The notes: a model not told the origin generated them from the letters alone. Shown: positions 12,493 through 25,108, numbered from the stretch's first letter. The stretch: 64,000 bases of DNA from Macrostomum hystrix (GCA_950097015.1 CATNEN010000038.1:14198001-14262000), one strand, 5' to 3'. Translations and numbers: made by a program.

Positions 12493-13686
12493 ATGCTGAA
12501 ATCGAAGCAGAGGATTGTCTACGCTGTGACTTCAGCAGTGACCATCGGAATTATTCTGCTGTTGTTGACTTACGGTGGCCAGTCCAACTCGCGCCAGCCA
12601 GAGCATGCAGCGCCACCCAGTGGCGTGGAGATTTCGGAATCAGACAATCCATCATTACCGGGCATTGATGATCAAGCTCCTTCTGAGCTAGATATACTAC
12701 TGCTCACAGAGCAAAAAGGTTCGATTCCAGCATTCGCGCAGGAATGTCCGCGCTTCTCGGAGCTCAGAGGTATCAACTTTCAGCACCCTGACGTGGCAAT
12801 GCGACTATGCCGATACCAAGCTGCGTACACAATGCTAAGCCAAAAATATCCACCGTGCGAGATCGGCGAAAACTTACCGCCTCAGTTCATGAAGAGGGTC
12901 AATAAGACGTCTGCTAGAAGCTATATTCGGAGCGCACTGACTGGCAGGAATATCACAGTCTACACCTACCTTGCCAGTGACACCATATCTAAAAGCGTCA
13001 TGTCGTCACACAGCTGGCAGAATGATAGCGTTGCCTTCACTCTGTCGATTGCCAAGAAGTTTCCCATCGGTTCCGTCTCCTTCATGGACATCGGCTGCAA
13101 CGTCGGCGTCTACACGCTGCAGGCCAGGGAAGCCGAAATCCCAACGGTGGCAGTCGACGCGAACTTCCGGGACCTCATCCGGGTTCGGATGTCTGCTAGC
13201 GATATGGGCTGGCAAACAAACTACGACGACAAGCTGAAGCTGATGTGGATGTATTTCCAAGGATCCGTGGCGCTGCACTATCTTAAATTTGATACCGGAT
13301 TGTGCCACGTTGATAAAGACAGGGAACACAGAGAAATCTTGACTGACACAATCCCAGTGATGACTGGCAGGGCTGAAGAGCTTTTGAGCAGCCTCATTAC
13401 GGACCTGGTGGTCATGAAGATCGACATCAGTGCCGGCAAGCAGATCCTTGAAACTGGGCAGAGGCTATTTAATGAGAAAAAGATTATCGCTGTGAAGATC
13501 GAGCTGCATCATCTTGGCAATGCGCAGCCCGCTTCCATCAGCCAGTTCGCCGAGTTCCTTGTGAAGCTCAATTACTCGCTATTCCGAATCGGCAGCCTAG
13601 ACCGCGCGCTAGACCCGAAACTCGTGCGCGAGTGGGACGGAATCTGGATTCGTAATGACTTTCTGAGCAAATTACGCACGAAGTGA
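12493..13686 (+). CDS. FkbM/Methyltransf_21-like SAM-dependent methyltransferase with N-terminal type II membrane anchor (MT1), intronless, 397 aa
   Basis: ATG at 12493 follows a CAG acceptor-like site. MLKSKQR plus a hydrophobic TM, then a stem, motif I FMDIGCNVGVYTL, AVDAN, VVMKIDI and terminal WDGIWIRNDF. Paralogous to MT2-4. Confidence 0.85.
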   Translation: MLKSKQRIVYAVTSAVTIGIILLLLTYGGQSNSRQPEHAAPPSGVEISESDNPSLPGIDDQAPSELDILLLTEQKGSIPAFAQECPRFSELRGINFQHPDVAMRLCRYQAAYTMLSQKYPPCEIGENLPPQFMKRVNKTSARSYIRSALTGRNITVYTYLASDTISKSVMSSHSWQNDSVAFTLSIAKKFPIGSVSFMDIGCNVGVYTLQAREAEIPTVAVDANFRDLIRVRMSASDMGWQTNYDDKLKLMWMYFQGSVALHYLKFDTGLCHVDKDREHREILTDTIPVMTGRAEELLSSLITDLVVMKIDISAGKQILETGQRLFNEKKIIAVKIELHHLGNAQPASISQFAEFLVKLNYSLFRIGSLDRALDPKLVREWDGIWIRNDFLSKLRTK

Positions 13687-14192
13687 GCGACATTTTATCA
13701 AATGAATTTACATTTTCATCACTTGCCTGCCTAATGTACTCGTAAATGATCAATGTGGCCCTTTTATAATGCCCGTTTCATCACCATTTTTGCTCTAATT
13801 CAATAAAATATTTACTTTTTTTATTTGCTTCAGGAAATGAAGGTCCACTCATATTTGTACTGTATGTTAGAAGCAAAAAATACACAGCTTGGACATGCGA
13901 GAGTAATTTAGCGATTCGAAATTGAATAAATGGTGAGCTCATGTGCGTTGCTTGTTTATTTAAACTTTTTTGCGAAAGTTTAAGAAGCTATACCCCAACA
14001 GCTTACAGGGAAAACATCGTGCCTATCAGCAGAGCATTATAAAAGAGCATTGCGAAGCAAAGCAATAGCCAGCCATGTGGGGTTGAAATCATCATGTCAA
14101 AGTACATGCAGGGGACTTACATTTGCTCGCATTGTCAGCGGCAAGCTCAGAAACTGATGTTAAAAAAGAGGATAATTATATCCGATTCCAGT

Positions 14193-14280
14193 TAGGGGTG
14201 TGAGTGGCAGAGTGGTCTAAGCGTTTGCCTCTTTCACAAAGGTTCATGGGCTCGATTCCGCGGCGAGGCCACATTCATTG
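14193..14280 (+). mobile_element. 5' head of tRNA-derived SINE (family 2), interrupted by a LINE fragment
   Basis: Box A/B-like GTGGCAGAGTGGTCTAAGCG...GGGCTCGATTCC; matches the head of the copy at 29385. Confidence 0.65.
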
Positions 14281-14284
14281 GAGT

Positions 14285-15344
14285 AACCACAATAACAAAG
14301 AAATACGCTGTCAAGATAGAAAGAGGCAGCGTCACAGGGCACGCTCCAGAGAATGTGAAGAACCGGCGCGAACAAAAGCCGCACCTCCGACAGAGTCAGG
14401 GGTTCCAGCGTCAGCCAGCAGGCAATCGACGAAACGCCGAGTTCTGGTGTGACCGCGCCGGAAGAGTGCCTGCAGAGCAGCAGCACCTCCTGCACCGGCT
14501 GTGGGCGGATGATGTGGCCTGCTAGCTGGAGTCGCCGATGGCACAGAAGTTCACTTGGACAGGGCAGGCCGGCGCGGCGATAGAGTGCCGCGTTGGTGAC
14601 TCGCTCGTCTCTGATTTTAAAGCCGGCACGTAGCAGGCCGGCGTGTGCCACGTTTACTTGCTGTTCGAGTTAGCGTCCTTGCTTGCGTCCAGGTCTCGGC
14701 GCTGTACAACAGGACGATCTCGACCACAACCATAAAAAGCGCTTTCCTCTGGCGATCAGGTAGGGCCTCGGACTGCAGGATCGCTTTCACAGAACGAAAG
14801 GCAGCCCAGGCGAGCTCCAGATCTTCGCGGACGTCAGGTACCAGACCATCGAACTGCTGAAAGCGCGGGAGCTCCGTTGCCTGCCCGTCAGCGCCTCGGC
14901 AGAAAATTGTACCTTGAAAATTGAGGCAGATCACGACGGTCTTCCTCGTGTTGACCACCAAGCCAACGCTCGCTGTCTAGCTGGCGCAGGCCGCCCTCTA
15001 CGGTCGAGGACAGCAGGGACGAGGTCGTCAGCGTAGCCAAGCACGCTGAGCCGCCTTTCCGTTTGATGTTGACCCACGCGTCGGCGGCGCAGAAGGAAAC
15101 CATCTCAGTCGTCGGTAGGCAGAGCATTTCGAAGTACCCAGTCAAGCACCAGGACGAACAGGAACAGCGCTAGCGTGTCTCCCTGGAGCACCCCGTAGGA
15201 TGTTTCGAAGGAGTTTGACAGGCCGTCCGGCGTCATCACAGCTGCTATCAAATCACAGCAAAGCGCCATGATGGCGGAGACCAGCTGCTCTGGCACATGA
15301 TACACACGGAGCCCATCCAGAAAGTCACGTGCTAGGTTCAGCAT
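14285..15344 (-). mobile_element. Degenerate non-LTR retrotransposon (LINE) reverse transcriptase fragment
   Basis: Frameshifted pieces encode GVLQGDTLALFLFVLVLDWVLR, LGYADDL (~15020-15040), VNTRKT, LLYSAETWT and RRLQLAGHI; RT C-terminal half. Confidence 0.88.
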
Positions 15345-15560
15345 TTAGGGCGCAGCCACAAACAAAAGATTTGTCGGAAAAATTACGCCCCTGAGGCCCT
15401 ATCTCTAAGGCACAGTGAAGTGTACACTGCCTGACGAAGAAAGTCAGGGCAGATGTACACGCCTTCGCACAGTATCTGAGTGCGTGTGCTCAGGAGTCAG
15501 CGAGTCAGTGGATGGACAGAATTGCCTCGTCGCTGGCTGGTCTACTGTCACTGAATTTTT
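15345..15560 (+). mobile_element. 3' body of SINE family 2 resuming after the LINE insertion
   Basis: TTACGCCC...CAGGGCAGATGTACAC...CAGAATTGCCTCGTCGCTGGCT matches 29512-29630. Confidence 0.6.
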
Positions 15561-16459
15561 CATCATTAGGCAGTGAACACTGTCGCTTTGCATCAGCGGT
15601 TGGGATTAGATCGCACAACAAGCCCGCATTCTTAATCGCCCTTTCTTGAATGCGGCCTCGCCGCGGATTCGAGCTCAGGGGGGTTGGTTTTGTAATCTAG
15701 CTACGTCTATAAAACCCATCTGTCTATGAAGCTTTAAAATCGTCGAAATGGTGAGAGTCCAATAAGGAAATTGATTTTTAAGCATTAAATAGTAAATTTA
15801 ACTACCTTAGAAATCCCAGACGTGGTATCATATTCGAAGAGCACCCGAAGGCTGTTGTCGATCACAATGGACGAACACTTGACATCAGAAAACCCAAGAA
15901 CACAGGGAACAGCCAAATTTTCAACGGTGTAATTCCATAGCCCTCCTTCAGGAATGCGACCAAGGCGAGCATCCGGAAACAGCTTGTCGATGACTATGTG
16001 GCTAAGAATTCGGGAGGACCAAAGTGCATGGGACCAATAAAAACAAATCGACAGTTGACAGCAGGATTTTAAGGTAGAAGAATATATCGTTTTTAGCTGT
16101 TTATGATTACACCTTAATGCATGAAGTGAATAAAAATGCTGTCGCAGAGAGACTTTAGGAATCGCTCCTCACAGACCGTAAATGAATTGTGGTACAATGC
16201 CCAAGGTCCCAAGAAAGAAATCTTAAGACTACTGCTCTCGAGACAGCTAGGCACAGTTGACGGAGAAACAGCAGCTGTTTACGCATTTAAACAAAACGTT
16301 TTTGGTTTCCAGCCACTCTGGTACTCGCATAAGTTGAGCGTTCAAAAAGTTCTTAGCAGCTAACAGAAGCCCGAAGCATAAAAGAATGGGGCATTAGATT
16401 TTATATGGACAAATTTTTATTTACGTTCTTACATCTTTTACCTCACTTTGTGCTCGAAA

Positions 16460-17688
16460 ATGCAGTTGAAGACACTAAGAGCAGCTTGCTTAATGCTGGT
16501 TGTACTCATGACGATAGTTGGACTCATCGTACAGTTTAGCTTTCATTCAAAATCAATTCTAAAGATAAAGAATTCAACACAGCTGAGGCCTTGCTGCTTG
16601 ACTAGACGGACTTTAAATTTCGGAAACACCAACTCTTCTGCCTTGCTGAAAGAGTTCGGCAGCGTCTGCCACGACCGCAAGTGCCACGCAGCCTTTGAGT
16701 CCGCCATCGACAGAACCGAACGCGTTCCCAAGATTCGGCACATTCTGTGGAAAACTGAACGCGTGCCGACCTACTTCGCTAAGCAGCTGAATTCGTGGCT
16801 GAAAATTCATCACAACTGGACCTATGTCCTGTGGCGCGACCAAGATCTGGATGAATTTGTTGCCGTGCACTATCCAGGTGTGCTGCAGAGATTCCGGTCG
16901 CTCAAGCATCACATCATGCGAGTGGACATGATTCGCTACCTGATACTGCACCACGTGAGTCCCAGAAAATCAGTACTCAATCCACAACGAAGAATTGCCA
17001 GCTGAAAATAGCAGATACTCCGATCTTTCAGTTCGGAGGAGTGTACGCGGACCTGGACTATGTCCTGGTGCGCCCCCTGGACTGGTTTCTCAAGTACCCT
17101 GCCACCGTGCCAATCACAGCGGAGGCCATCGCGATGTTCTACTTCGGCCTGAAGTGGCCCCCGGATCGGCTTGCCAACCCGGCGTTCATGATTTCGGAGC
17201 CGCAGCACCCCTTCTTCTCCTACTGCATCCAGAAGCTGGCAGCCAATCCCACCGAAAACGCATCTCTGTTCGCTGGTCCACTGGGGCTCTCCACAATGGT
17301 CGAGCAGTATACGGCCGACTTTTCTGCCACAGCCGATCCGGGCGGAATTGTGCTCGTGCCGCCCTCGCGAGCGTTCGACGCCTTCGCAAACAACGGCTTC
17401 TGGGGCAGCGCGTCGAATCAGAGGAACTCCTGGACACTTGGCCTTGATCAAAAGTGCCAAGAAATCCAAGCGCTCAAGTCTTCACCAGCACAGCTACAAG
17501 AGTACTGCAAGGACATAAACAATTTGGACCCCATCACTGACAGAAAGGACATTTCGTATGCTGTTCGCGATGAGCAAACTCTTGGGACATGCTACAATAA
17601 TAGGGACTCCAAGCCAGCTACTTGTGACATCACAGTCGATATTAGAACCCTACTGCCCCACATATTGATGGGTGACGAAGTTTATTAG
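16460..17688 (+). CDS. DXD glycosyltransferase, GT32/OCH1-like (Gly_transf_sug), type II membrane protein (GT-A), ~383 aa
   Basis: Exons 16460-16954 and 17032-17688; 77-nt phase-0 intron GTGAGT...TTTCAG. N-terminal TM, VPKIRHILWK, WTYVLWRD, RVDMIRYLILHH|FGGVYADLD, HPFF, AGP. Confidence 0.9.
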
Positions 17689-18087
17689 CAGTGGCCCTGC
17701 CACTTATCATTACCGCCTTTGAACAGCTAGAAAAAGCTTTCAGTTGAAAGATGCCTGTGAATTAGTTTTATTTTCACCTTATTTTCTTAACAGTAGCTAT
17801 ACTAGTTTCTGATATTCATCACAAGATTCCCTGATACTCTGGAATTCTATTCGCTGTTCATTTCATATGTAAATTAGCTGCACTAGTTAAACAATGGATA
17901 TTGTCTCCGCTTTTTGTGCATTATATGCACGAGCGTATGCTCCGTGTTTGACTTATGTTTTTTTTGACCTCGTACCAATAAAAGGTGATCAAATAGCGAG
18001 TGTAAATGGAACACAGAAATGAATCGCTTGTTCATGCGACAATACAATGTCTTTGCTTTACACTTAATTTAATTTATTTAATGCTGT

Positions 18088-18410
18088 GGGGTTGTAGCCT
18101 AGTGGTCAGGGCGTCGGACTCACGACTTGAAGGTCGGGGGTTCGATTCCCGACTCCACTGGAACAATTTGTGTCCTTTAGCAAGACACTTAACTCTGCAT
18201 TGCTTCAGTTCACCCAGCTGTTAAATGGGTAACAGCATTAGCTGGGATAATTGAAGGTGGGCGTGGCGTCCCTCCAGTCCATGGACTGAACAGCTGTACG
18301 CAGCCTTCTGATGCGCCGCGCAATAGCTGCGGCTGTACTGTCGGCTGCACATCTGGCCCTATTGGGGCAGGTGCTCGTATAAATTATTATTATTATTATT
18401 ATTATTTATT
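18088..18410 (+). mobile_element. tRNA-derived SINE family 1 with CORE-like domain, near full length
   Basis: tRNA-like head with box A (TAGCCTAGTGG) and box B (GGTTCGATTCC), CORE-like GTGTCCTTTAGCAAGACACTTAAC...CTTCAGTT...CTGTTAAATGGG, and a (TTA)n tail. Several other copies in the window. Confidence 0.85.
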
Positions 18411-20317
18411 TATTTGAAATAATTTAAATTAAATAAATAGAAAAGCATCCAAACATGCTTTTACGTCGAAGTTAGCTTCAATTAAACGGCAACCGAATCA
18501 ATAAATGATAAAATAGGCTTGACAAACAACAGAGGCAATATCGATGCTGAAATTTCGACTAATAAGATATTTTGCCGACATCTTATCTTGCAAAATCTAA
18601 AATTTTCGAGTGAGTTGCTTGATACAGGTAATTAATTTGACATTCTCGCAACATTTGCAACTCGCATCTTGAGTAGTTCATAATAATCTCAGCTTTGGAA
18701 TCATTCTCAGATTTCAGCTGAATAAGCAGTATTACCGCCCCGCTGGCTGAAGCCGATGGTTGTTACAATGCTCCACACACTGCACACAGCTCAAGTATTG
18801 TTTATGCATGGAACTTGAAAATTTACCCACTCGAGTGAGACAGATGCCAACCTATTTGGCCGGCCTGCTCAGCAGGCAGTACAAACTAGTTTAAACCTCA
18901 CTTATTCAACTCGTCTATTCCTGTCTCGTGCAGCATCTAACTTCAACTATCATGAGCTATATAATAACTGTATGAGTATATAATTGTATTCAGAGACATT
19001 GTCTTGAAATTGTGCTTGAGTTGAAGTGGACAAAAACGATGTCTTTCATTATTTTTAGTTAGTTGATGAATGTTGAGCTCACTGACAGATAGAAGCACGC
19101 GCAAGCTGTAACTACTTGACGCCCTGTTTCAATTGAAGCATTTGCAGTCGGTTGAACGAAATGAAAGTTGAGGCTTTTGTAAGGCTAATTGCGAGCAAGA
19201 ATTCAGAAGCAAACTTTCAAGCAAAAATCTCGCTGCTATGATACAGCTACTCAGGCCCACCCAATCCCAAATGGAGTCTGACAGGGCTGTCCATTATTAT
19301 TTTCCTTGTAGTTAGATTCACTCACTTTAGTTCTCAAAACTCCTTCCATAGTGGCACGTTTATACAGGATGAGGCGAGGTGGTCAGTGGCAAAGCGGTTA
19401 TCGCGTTTGCGTCTCGCACCAAGGTCCCTAGCTGAGCTCGATTGCGCGACGAGGCCACGGAGAGGGCGCAGCCGCGGACAGAAGCGGCTTGTCGTGCAAA
19501 TTGCGCCCTTGAGGGCTAAACTACAGGGCACGCTGGCTGCGGGTCTAGTGTCACCAACTGATGTGCGATTGCCCGCAGCCCTACTGCAAATAATATAACA
19601 ATATAACTGAATGAGGCGACAAACAATCTGATTAACTGCGAAATGATAGCATAAAAATTATGTAATATTGCGACCACCAAAAATAATTTTATTCCTAAAA
19701 AATATTTCTTTTTCAATTTTTCTCCTATTCCTCTGTCGTTTCCTTTCGGTTTTACTCAAAAAAAAATTGCTAATGAGCTGTCAGAAGTTTCAATTTCTTG
19801 AACGACTGTGTTGCACAAAGCGGTTTCACACTTGTACGTTTTAACAAACACTTGGGGCTTTGCCTGTGGCCGTTAAGATTACCGTTTGGGGTAGCCAACT
19901 TTTGAGAATGAAAATATTCAAGAAAGCTTGACATTTAAAAGCGTACGCGAGGTAAGTGCGTACAAAGGTAGAAAGAAAAAATGGTTAACTCATGCTCGCG
20001 AATAGAAAATGCCACATTGTTTCAGCCACATTGTATTTGGCTCTTCGGCCAACCCTGACAAGCCAGTTCTCATCTGTTTGTATTTTATCAGGCTGCATTT
20101 TTAAATGAAGACTACTAAAGATGAAGACAATTAACTACTTTTTCATTTAACAGCGGCAACATGCACCAAAAAGTTAAAAAACATTTTATGGTGCTCTGCA
20201 GATATTTCGAAGAAGCGACCCTGCATCTGCTGTTGTCCTGTCGTTTGAGGATAATCTTTCGATTCACCCTTCTGCTGGTAAATACTCCAAGCATTATAAA
20301 TATTACTTTTTTAGAAT

Positions 20318-20641
20318 AATTATTGATTACACCTGCCCCAATTGGGCCAAACGTGCTTCTGACAGCACAGCGCTTCTGTTGCGCTGCGCACCAGAAGGCT
20401 GCGTACGTTTGTACAGTCCATGGACTGGGGGGCCGCCACACCCTTCCTCAATTACCCCAGCTAATGCTGATTCCAGCTAATTTCTGCCCAGCCCATTTAA
20501 CAGCTGAGTGAACTGAAGCAATGCAGAGTTAAGCGTCTTGCTAAAGGACACAAATTGTTCCAGTGGAGTCGGGAATCGAACCCCCGACCTTCAAGTCGTG
20601 AGTCCGACGCTCTAACTCTAACTCGCTCTAAGACTACAACC
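20318..20641 (-). mobile_element. tRNA-derived SINE family 1 copy
   Basis: Reverse complement aligns to 18088-18390. Confidence 0.85.
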
Positions 20642-20872
20642 GCTCGAAACAATTTTGTTTGGATAAATAATTTTTCCGATAAAATATTTTATTCACTTGT
20701 CCTCGAGTTAAACTTCAGCATCGTGAATAAAATTCTCGAGAATTTCACTCATTTAAACACTATACCCAAGCACCCAAAACGCAAATTTCAGATTGCATCA
20801 ACTCTAATTTATATCATGGCGATAAATCGATTCTCAATCATGCATCGAAAACTAACTGACGATGCGTTTCAG

Positions 20873-23800
20873 CCGAAAATTGCCGCGATAATTCATCAGA
20901 CATTTGCTGCTGATCAAGCATTGAACGCGCACAGAAGTTATATTAAAAGTTGCATCGAACTAAATCCCGATTGGCAGTACTACATGTGGACAGATGATGC
21001 CATCGAAGCCTTTATAAAGGACAATTATGCTTTTTTTCTGCCCAGGTATCTCGCTTACAAATCACAAGATCAAAGAAGACAGAGTGCTCGCTATATGATT
21101 TTGCATCACTTTGGAGGTGAGGTCTGCTATTAGGGGTGAAATTTTGGGTAACAGCTTTATGCAAGGAGATAAAAAATACAAGTAAGTACTGGGTTTGATG
21201 AGCAAATGCTTGGTACTGCATTTCCTCAAAGGCCTGGCAGCTTACTAAATACTAAATGACGGTTGTTCAGCCTCTTACAAAATCGCCAAAATCGACCAAA
21301 ATTTAAGCAAGCGCTATTTTTCACTTAAGGACTTGATTTATGCCGAGCTTTAGTGCTTTAGTTCACATTGTACCCAGATTTTCTCAAACTAATCACCCCC
21401 ATTTAACAAGATCCTGATGAAACGTTCTAAAACTATGAAAATAATTCCCTCCTAATGCATTTTCTAGGAATTTTCATCGACATGGACGTTCAGTGCATGC
21501 GACCGTTTTTTCCTAGCCTAGAAGAACTGACGGCCTTTGTAGCCCAGGAGAACACGATGATGCTTCCCTTCGAGAGAGCGGCAGCCATAAATAGTGTTAT
21601 GGGTTCTGTATCTGGGCATCCTTTCTTCCTGCGCCTCGTGTTTGAGATGATCGAGGTTGACGACAAAGAAGAAGGCACACTATCGACCTCTGGTCACTTC
21701 ATGCTTACCAAAGCGCTTAGAAACTGGTGGCTAAGTGAATTCACTAGCTGCTTTCAAGTGACCCTGCTCAGCCCAGAGTTGCTCAAACCAATCGTTCGCA
21801 ACAATGCGAATAACTTTAAAAGGCCTTGCAAAGAGCTGGGTAAAAGTAAGTTCTGTTTTTTTTCACAAATTTGTCGCGCTTGCAGTATAGCTTTAGTTTA
21901 GGAACCATAGATCACTATTTTATGAGCCATAGACTATGGCTTATCAAAATACTCGAGCAAAAAGTACGAATTTACCGTGACGGAAATTAAGAGAGGGTCT
22001 TCTTTTTGAGAAAATGCTTTAAGTGAATCCTAAAACAGTTGACACTTTTCGGCGGACATTCGAGGTGATAGGAAGACGAGAGCGTATGGGTAATAAGTTC
22101 TCGATCCAGAGCTCGAGAGCTGTTTGTCGGGGATATGGTCTATAGACACCTGCATCAAAGGGCAGAGCATCGGCAATAGGGTCAGAAGTGGATTCTCTTC
22201 GACCTAGTTGACCAGAAACTCCACAATTTGGTCAATAAGCTTTATCTGTTCCTCTTCCCACCATGCGAAATATAGCTTTTTGCAGCCTAGTTAATCCTGC
22301 AAGCATTCAATTTAATCATAAGTAGGCGCAGCAGTGTTGGTTTTGTCAGCCTAACTGAGAATAAAGCCACCCAAAATGAGAATTCTGCCTAAGCTGACTG
22401 CGAAGGGCCTGGCTGCGTGCAGCCTTAGTCTATGGGCCATAGACAATAAAGGACAAGCAAAGTGATAAAAAGGCATCCAATGTAAGAATCGATCGCTTTT
22501 TCTCTTTCCCCCAGCTCTCTCCACTCCTCCAAGCGCAACTTCTCCATCACTGCTTCTCCATCACCCACAGTCTCGTTGCTTTCTTGCCTATTTATCCAAC
22601 ACTTAGAATTAACAGAGTTCAGTCTTCACCACTGCAATAAAAATGCCCGCCTCATCTGTGGACCGCCAGCGACTCATCGCGGCCATTGAAAATGGAAGCT
22701 CACTAAGGGAGAATTTACACCCTTCCTCAACCCATCGGAACTGGCCAACAGTGCGCTGAAGGCACGGATCAAAAGCCGCCTGGCAGACGCTGGACTAGTC
22801 AACGAGGAGGCCGTTGCTCCAGATGGCGTCAACAAAGAGGAGTGGCGATTCATGCTGTTAGAGAGGGAGGCGCGCGAAGCGATTGATGACACAGTCACTG
22901 CTGGGAAGGCTGCCGCGTGGGACCTGTATTGCAGACGACTCTTTGGGCAGTGCATTGAGGGACGGCTTTTTATCACTTTGCTTGTCCTTTATTGTCTATG
23001 GCCCATAGACTAAGGCTGCACGCAGCCAGGCCCTTTGCAGTCAGCGTAGGCAGGATTCTCATTTTGGGTGGCTTAGGCCGACAAAACCAATACTGCAGCA
23101 GTTGCTCTGGCAGCCTGTCTATGGCTCGGACTGTGGCAAACCTGCATTCAATTTAATCCTGCAAGCGCCCATTTAATCATTTTTACTACACATCGTGCAT
23201 TTTTTATCAGTGCAATCTGGGACATGAGTAATGAGCATCTCCAGCGCTTCGTTTGAAGAAGAAGGCACTGAAGCAAGCTTCGAAGCAGGGAATGAAGAAG
23301 GGCCCCCTCCCCCCCCGAGGCACGTCGCGGAAAGTATGACAAAATAACTGATGAGAAGTATGACATGATCTTAAACGCTTTGGATCCGTGGAGAAAGTGC
23401 GGCTGCCATCGCGCAGTGGCTCCAGGTGAAGCTGCGCACCGTATACTCGATACGAAGACGTTACGAAGTCGCAGGTCACCGAAATCGAGGTGCTCGCGGG
23501 GGCGCTCGAACAGTGAAGATTACCGATGATCACGTGCAACAGTTGGTAAGCTGGGTGGAAGATAATCCGCTTCTCACACTGAAGCAAATGAAGCATAAGC
23601 TTCAGGCCGAAGATCCTCAGTTGCATGTCAGCGAGTGCACAGTAAGCAGAGCACTAGACAAGCAGCTCTTTACGCTAAAATGCCTCAGTCGTGACGCCGA
23701 TATTCCAGCAGCGAGAAACTCTGACGAGAACATTGCGCGCCGCCAGGTCTTCGCTCAGTGGCTGATCGAGCTAGAACCAGAATGTCATCTCATATACATT

Positions 23801-24784
23801 GATGAGACAGGCTTCAATATATGGACACGTCGGTCGCAGGGTCGCAGCATCAGAGGGCAGAGAGTTCGGCGCAAAGTACATACGCAACGTGGTGTGCAGG
23901 TGAATGTGATACAAGCTATGTCTCCTTCGGAATTCCTTATGAATTCGGAAACATCGGCCTGGTCAGCCACAAGATCCTGGCGGAGACAATGACGGCAAAT
24001 AAGTTCCAGGACTTCATTAATGAAATGGTGCAGAGCGTTATGTCACGCGAGGATGTGAATGAAGGTGACAACTTCTGCGTGATCATGGATGGCGCTCGCT
24101 TCCACAACGCAGCCACTGTTGTTACATTTTTGTGAATTTTCCATGCAGTTTAATATAGCCCTGTCTGCAAAGTTGCAACATTATTAAATGCGCGCTTGCA
24201 GGATTAAATTGAAATGCAGGTTTGCCACAGTCCGAGCCATAGACAGGCTGCCAGAGCAACTGCTGCAGCATTGCTGCGCCTACTTATGATTAAATTCAAT
24301 GCTTGCAGGATTAACTAGGCTGCAAAAAGCTATAGTTTCAAATATATGCAAAATATATGCACTATGGTTTCTCGAATTGAAAGCAGTTTTAGTAAAAACA
24401 TGCCATAGACAATAAGCAGTCAGTCTTCAGTCGAAGAATGCCATAGACAATAAACAATGTCAGTGGGAAGGACGTGGATTTCGTACTCTTTGCGAACGCC
24501 GCTGTTCTTACCCAGAACGCGAAAAGCTATAGCTTCGTAAATTCGTAAATGCTTCAATTTGTACGCTTCGTAAAATAAACTCTAAAACTTCAGGTGCGCC
24601 AGGCCAGACACCGCCTGACCAATCAGTCGATGAGACAGAGCTCTGCACAAATAATACGGATCACGGATTGGAGAAAAAACTCGTCAGATTTGAAACAACA
24701 AAGCGCCATATTGAAGAGCGCAAAAGACAACAAATCTACTTCAAAATTCACAAGGTTGCTCAGAACGTCAATCTCTTAGTCTAA
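20873..24784 (+). CDS. Divergent GT32/OCH1-like DXD glycosyltransferase (GT-D); partial model, 5' exons unresolved
   Basis: Exon 20873-21116 (PKIAAIIHQTF...WQYYMWTD...ARYMILHHFG) splices in phase 1 to exon 21468-21845 (GIFIDMDVQC...INSVMGSVSGHPFF). A candidate last exon at 24594-24784 is in phase but less certain. Confidence 0.7.
22273..24332 (+). mobile_element. IS630/Tc1-mariner-like DNA transposon with long TIRs and a defective transposase
   Basis: Left TIR pieces 22273-22332 and 23095-23180 are inverted matches to 24180-24332, with TA at both ends. Transposase ~23365-24135 has an HTH region, IYIDETGF and IMDGARFH, and is frameshifted and truncated. Confidence 0.85.
22332..23095. mobile_element. 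Non-autonomous foldback element (~140-bp TIRs) nested in the left TIR of the Tc1-like element
   Basis: CAGTGTTGGTTTTGTC...GCAAAGTGATAAAAAG (22332-22472) is an inverted match to 22965-23095. Confidence 0.8.
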
Positions 24785-25108
24785 GAAGAGATCAAATAAT
24801 CATTTTTATTTTTTTGAGTACTATCGCTAGTAAGGCATATAGTACGGTCTATAAACTAACGGACCGGTTCGGCTTGAATATCAAGTGTAAATAGCTTACT
24901 GAGTCAATTATGTCTATGGCACAATATAGCTGTAATACCCCTTGCTGTGGGGCCAAATCCGCTTGATTGAATTTCCCGCTTGCGCTCTTGAAGCATGGGT
25001 AATATACCATTAATGCCCATGCTTTGAGGGCGTTAATGGAAAATCAGGGGGCGCCGTTAGGCTCCCGAGGATTTTTCAATGACGCCCGCAAAGCTTGGGT
25101 ATCAATTT

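Noticed and set aside
15428-15450. Hammerhead ribozyme core (CTGACGA...GAAA)
   Set aside because: No stem II between the motifs; the segment forms a simple hairpin.
18088-18160. tRNA gene
   Set aside because: The tRNA-like head runs into a CORE-like body and (TTA)n tail and recurs in diverged copies, so it is a SINE.
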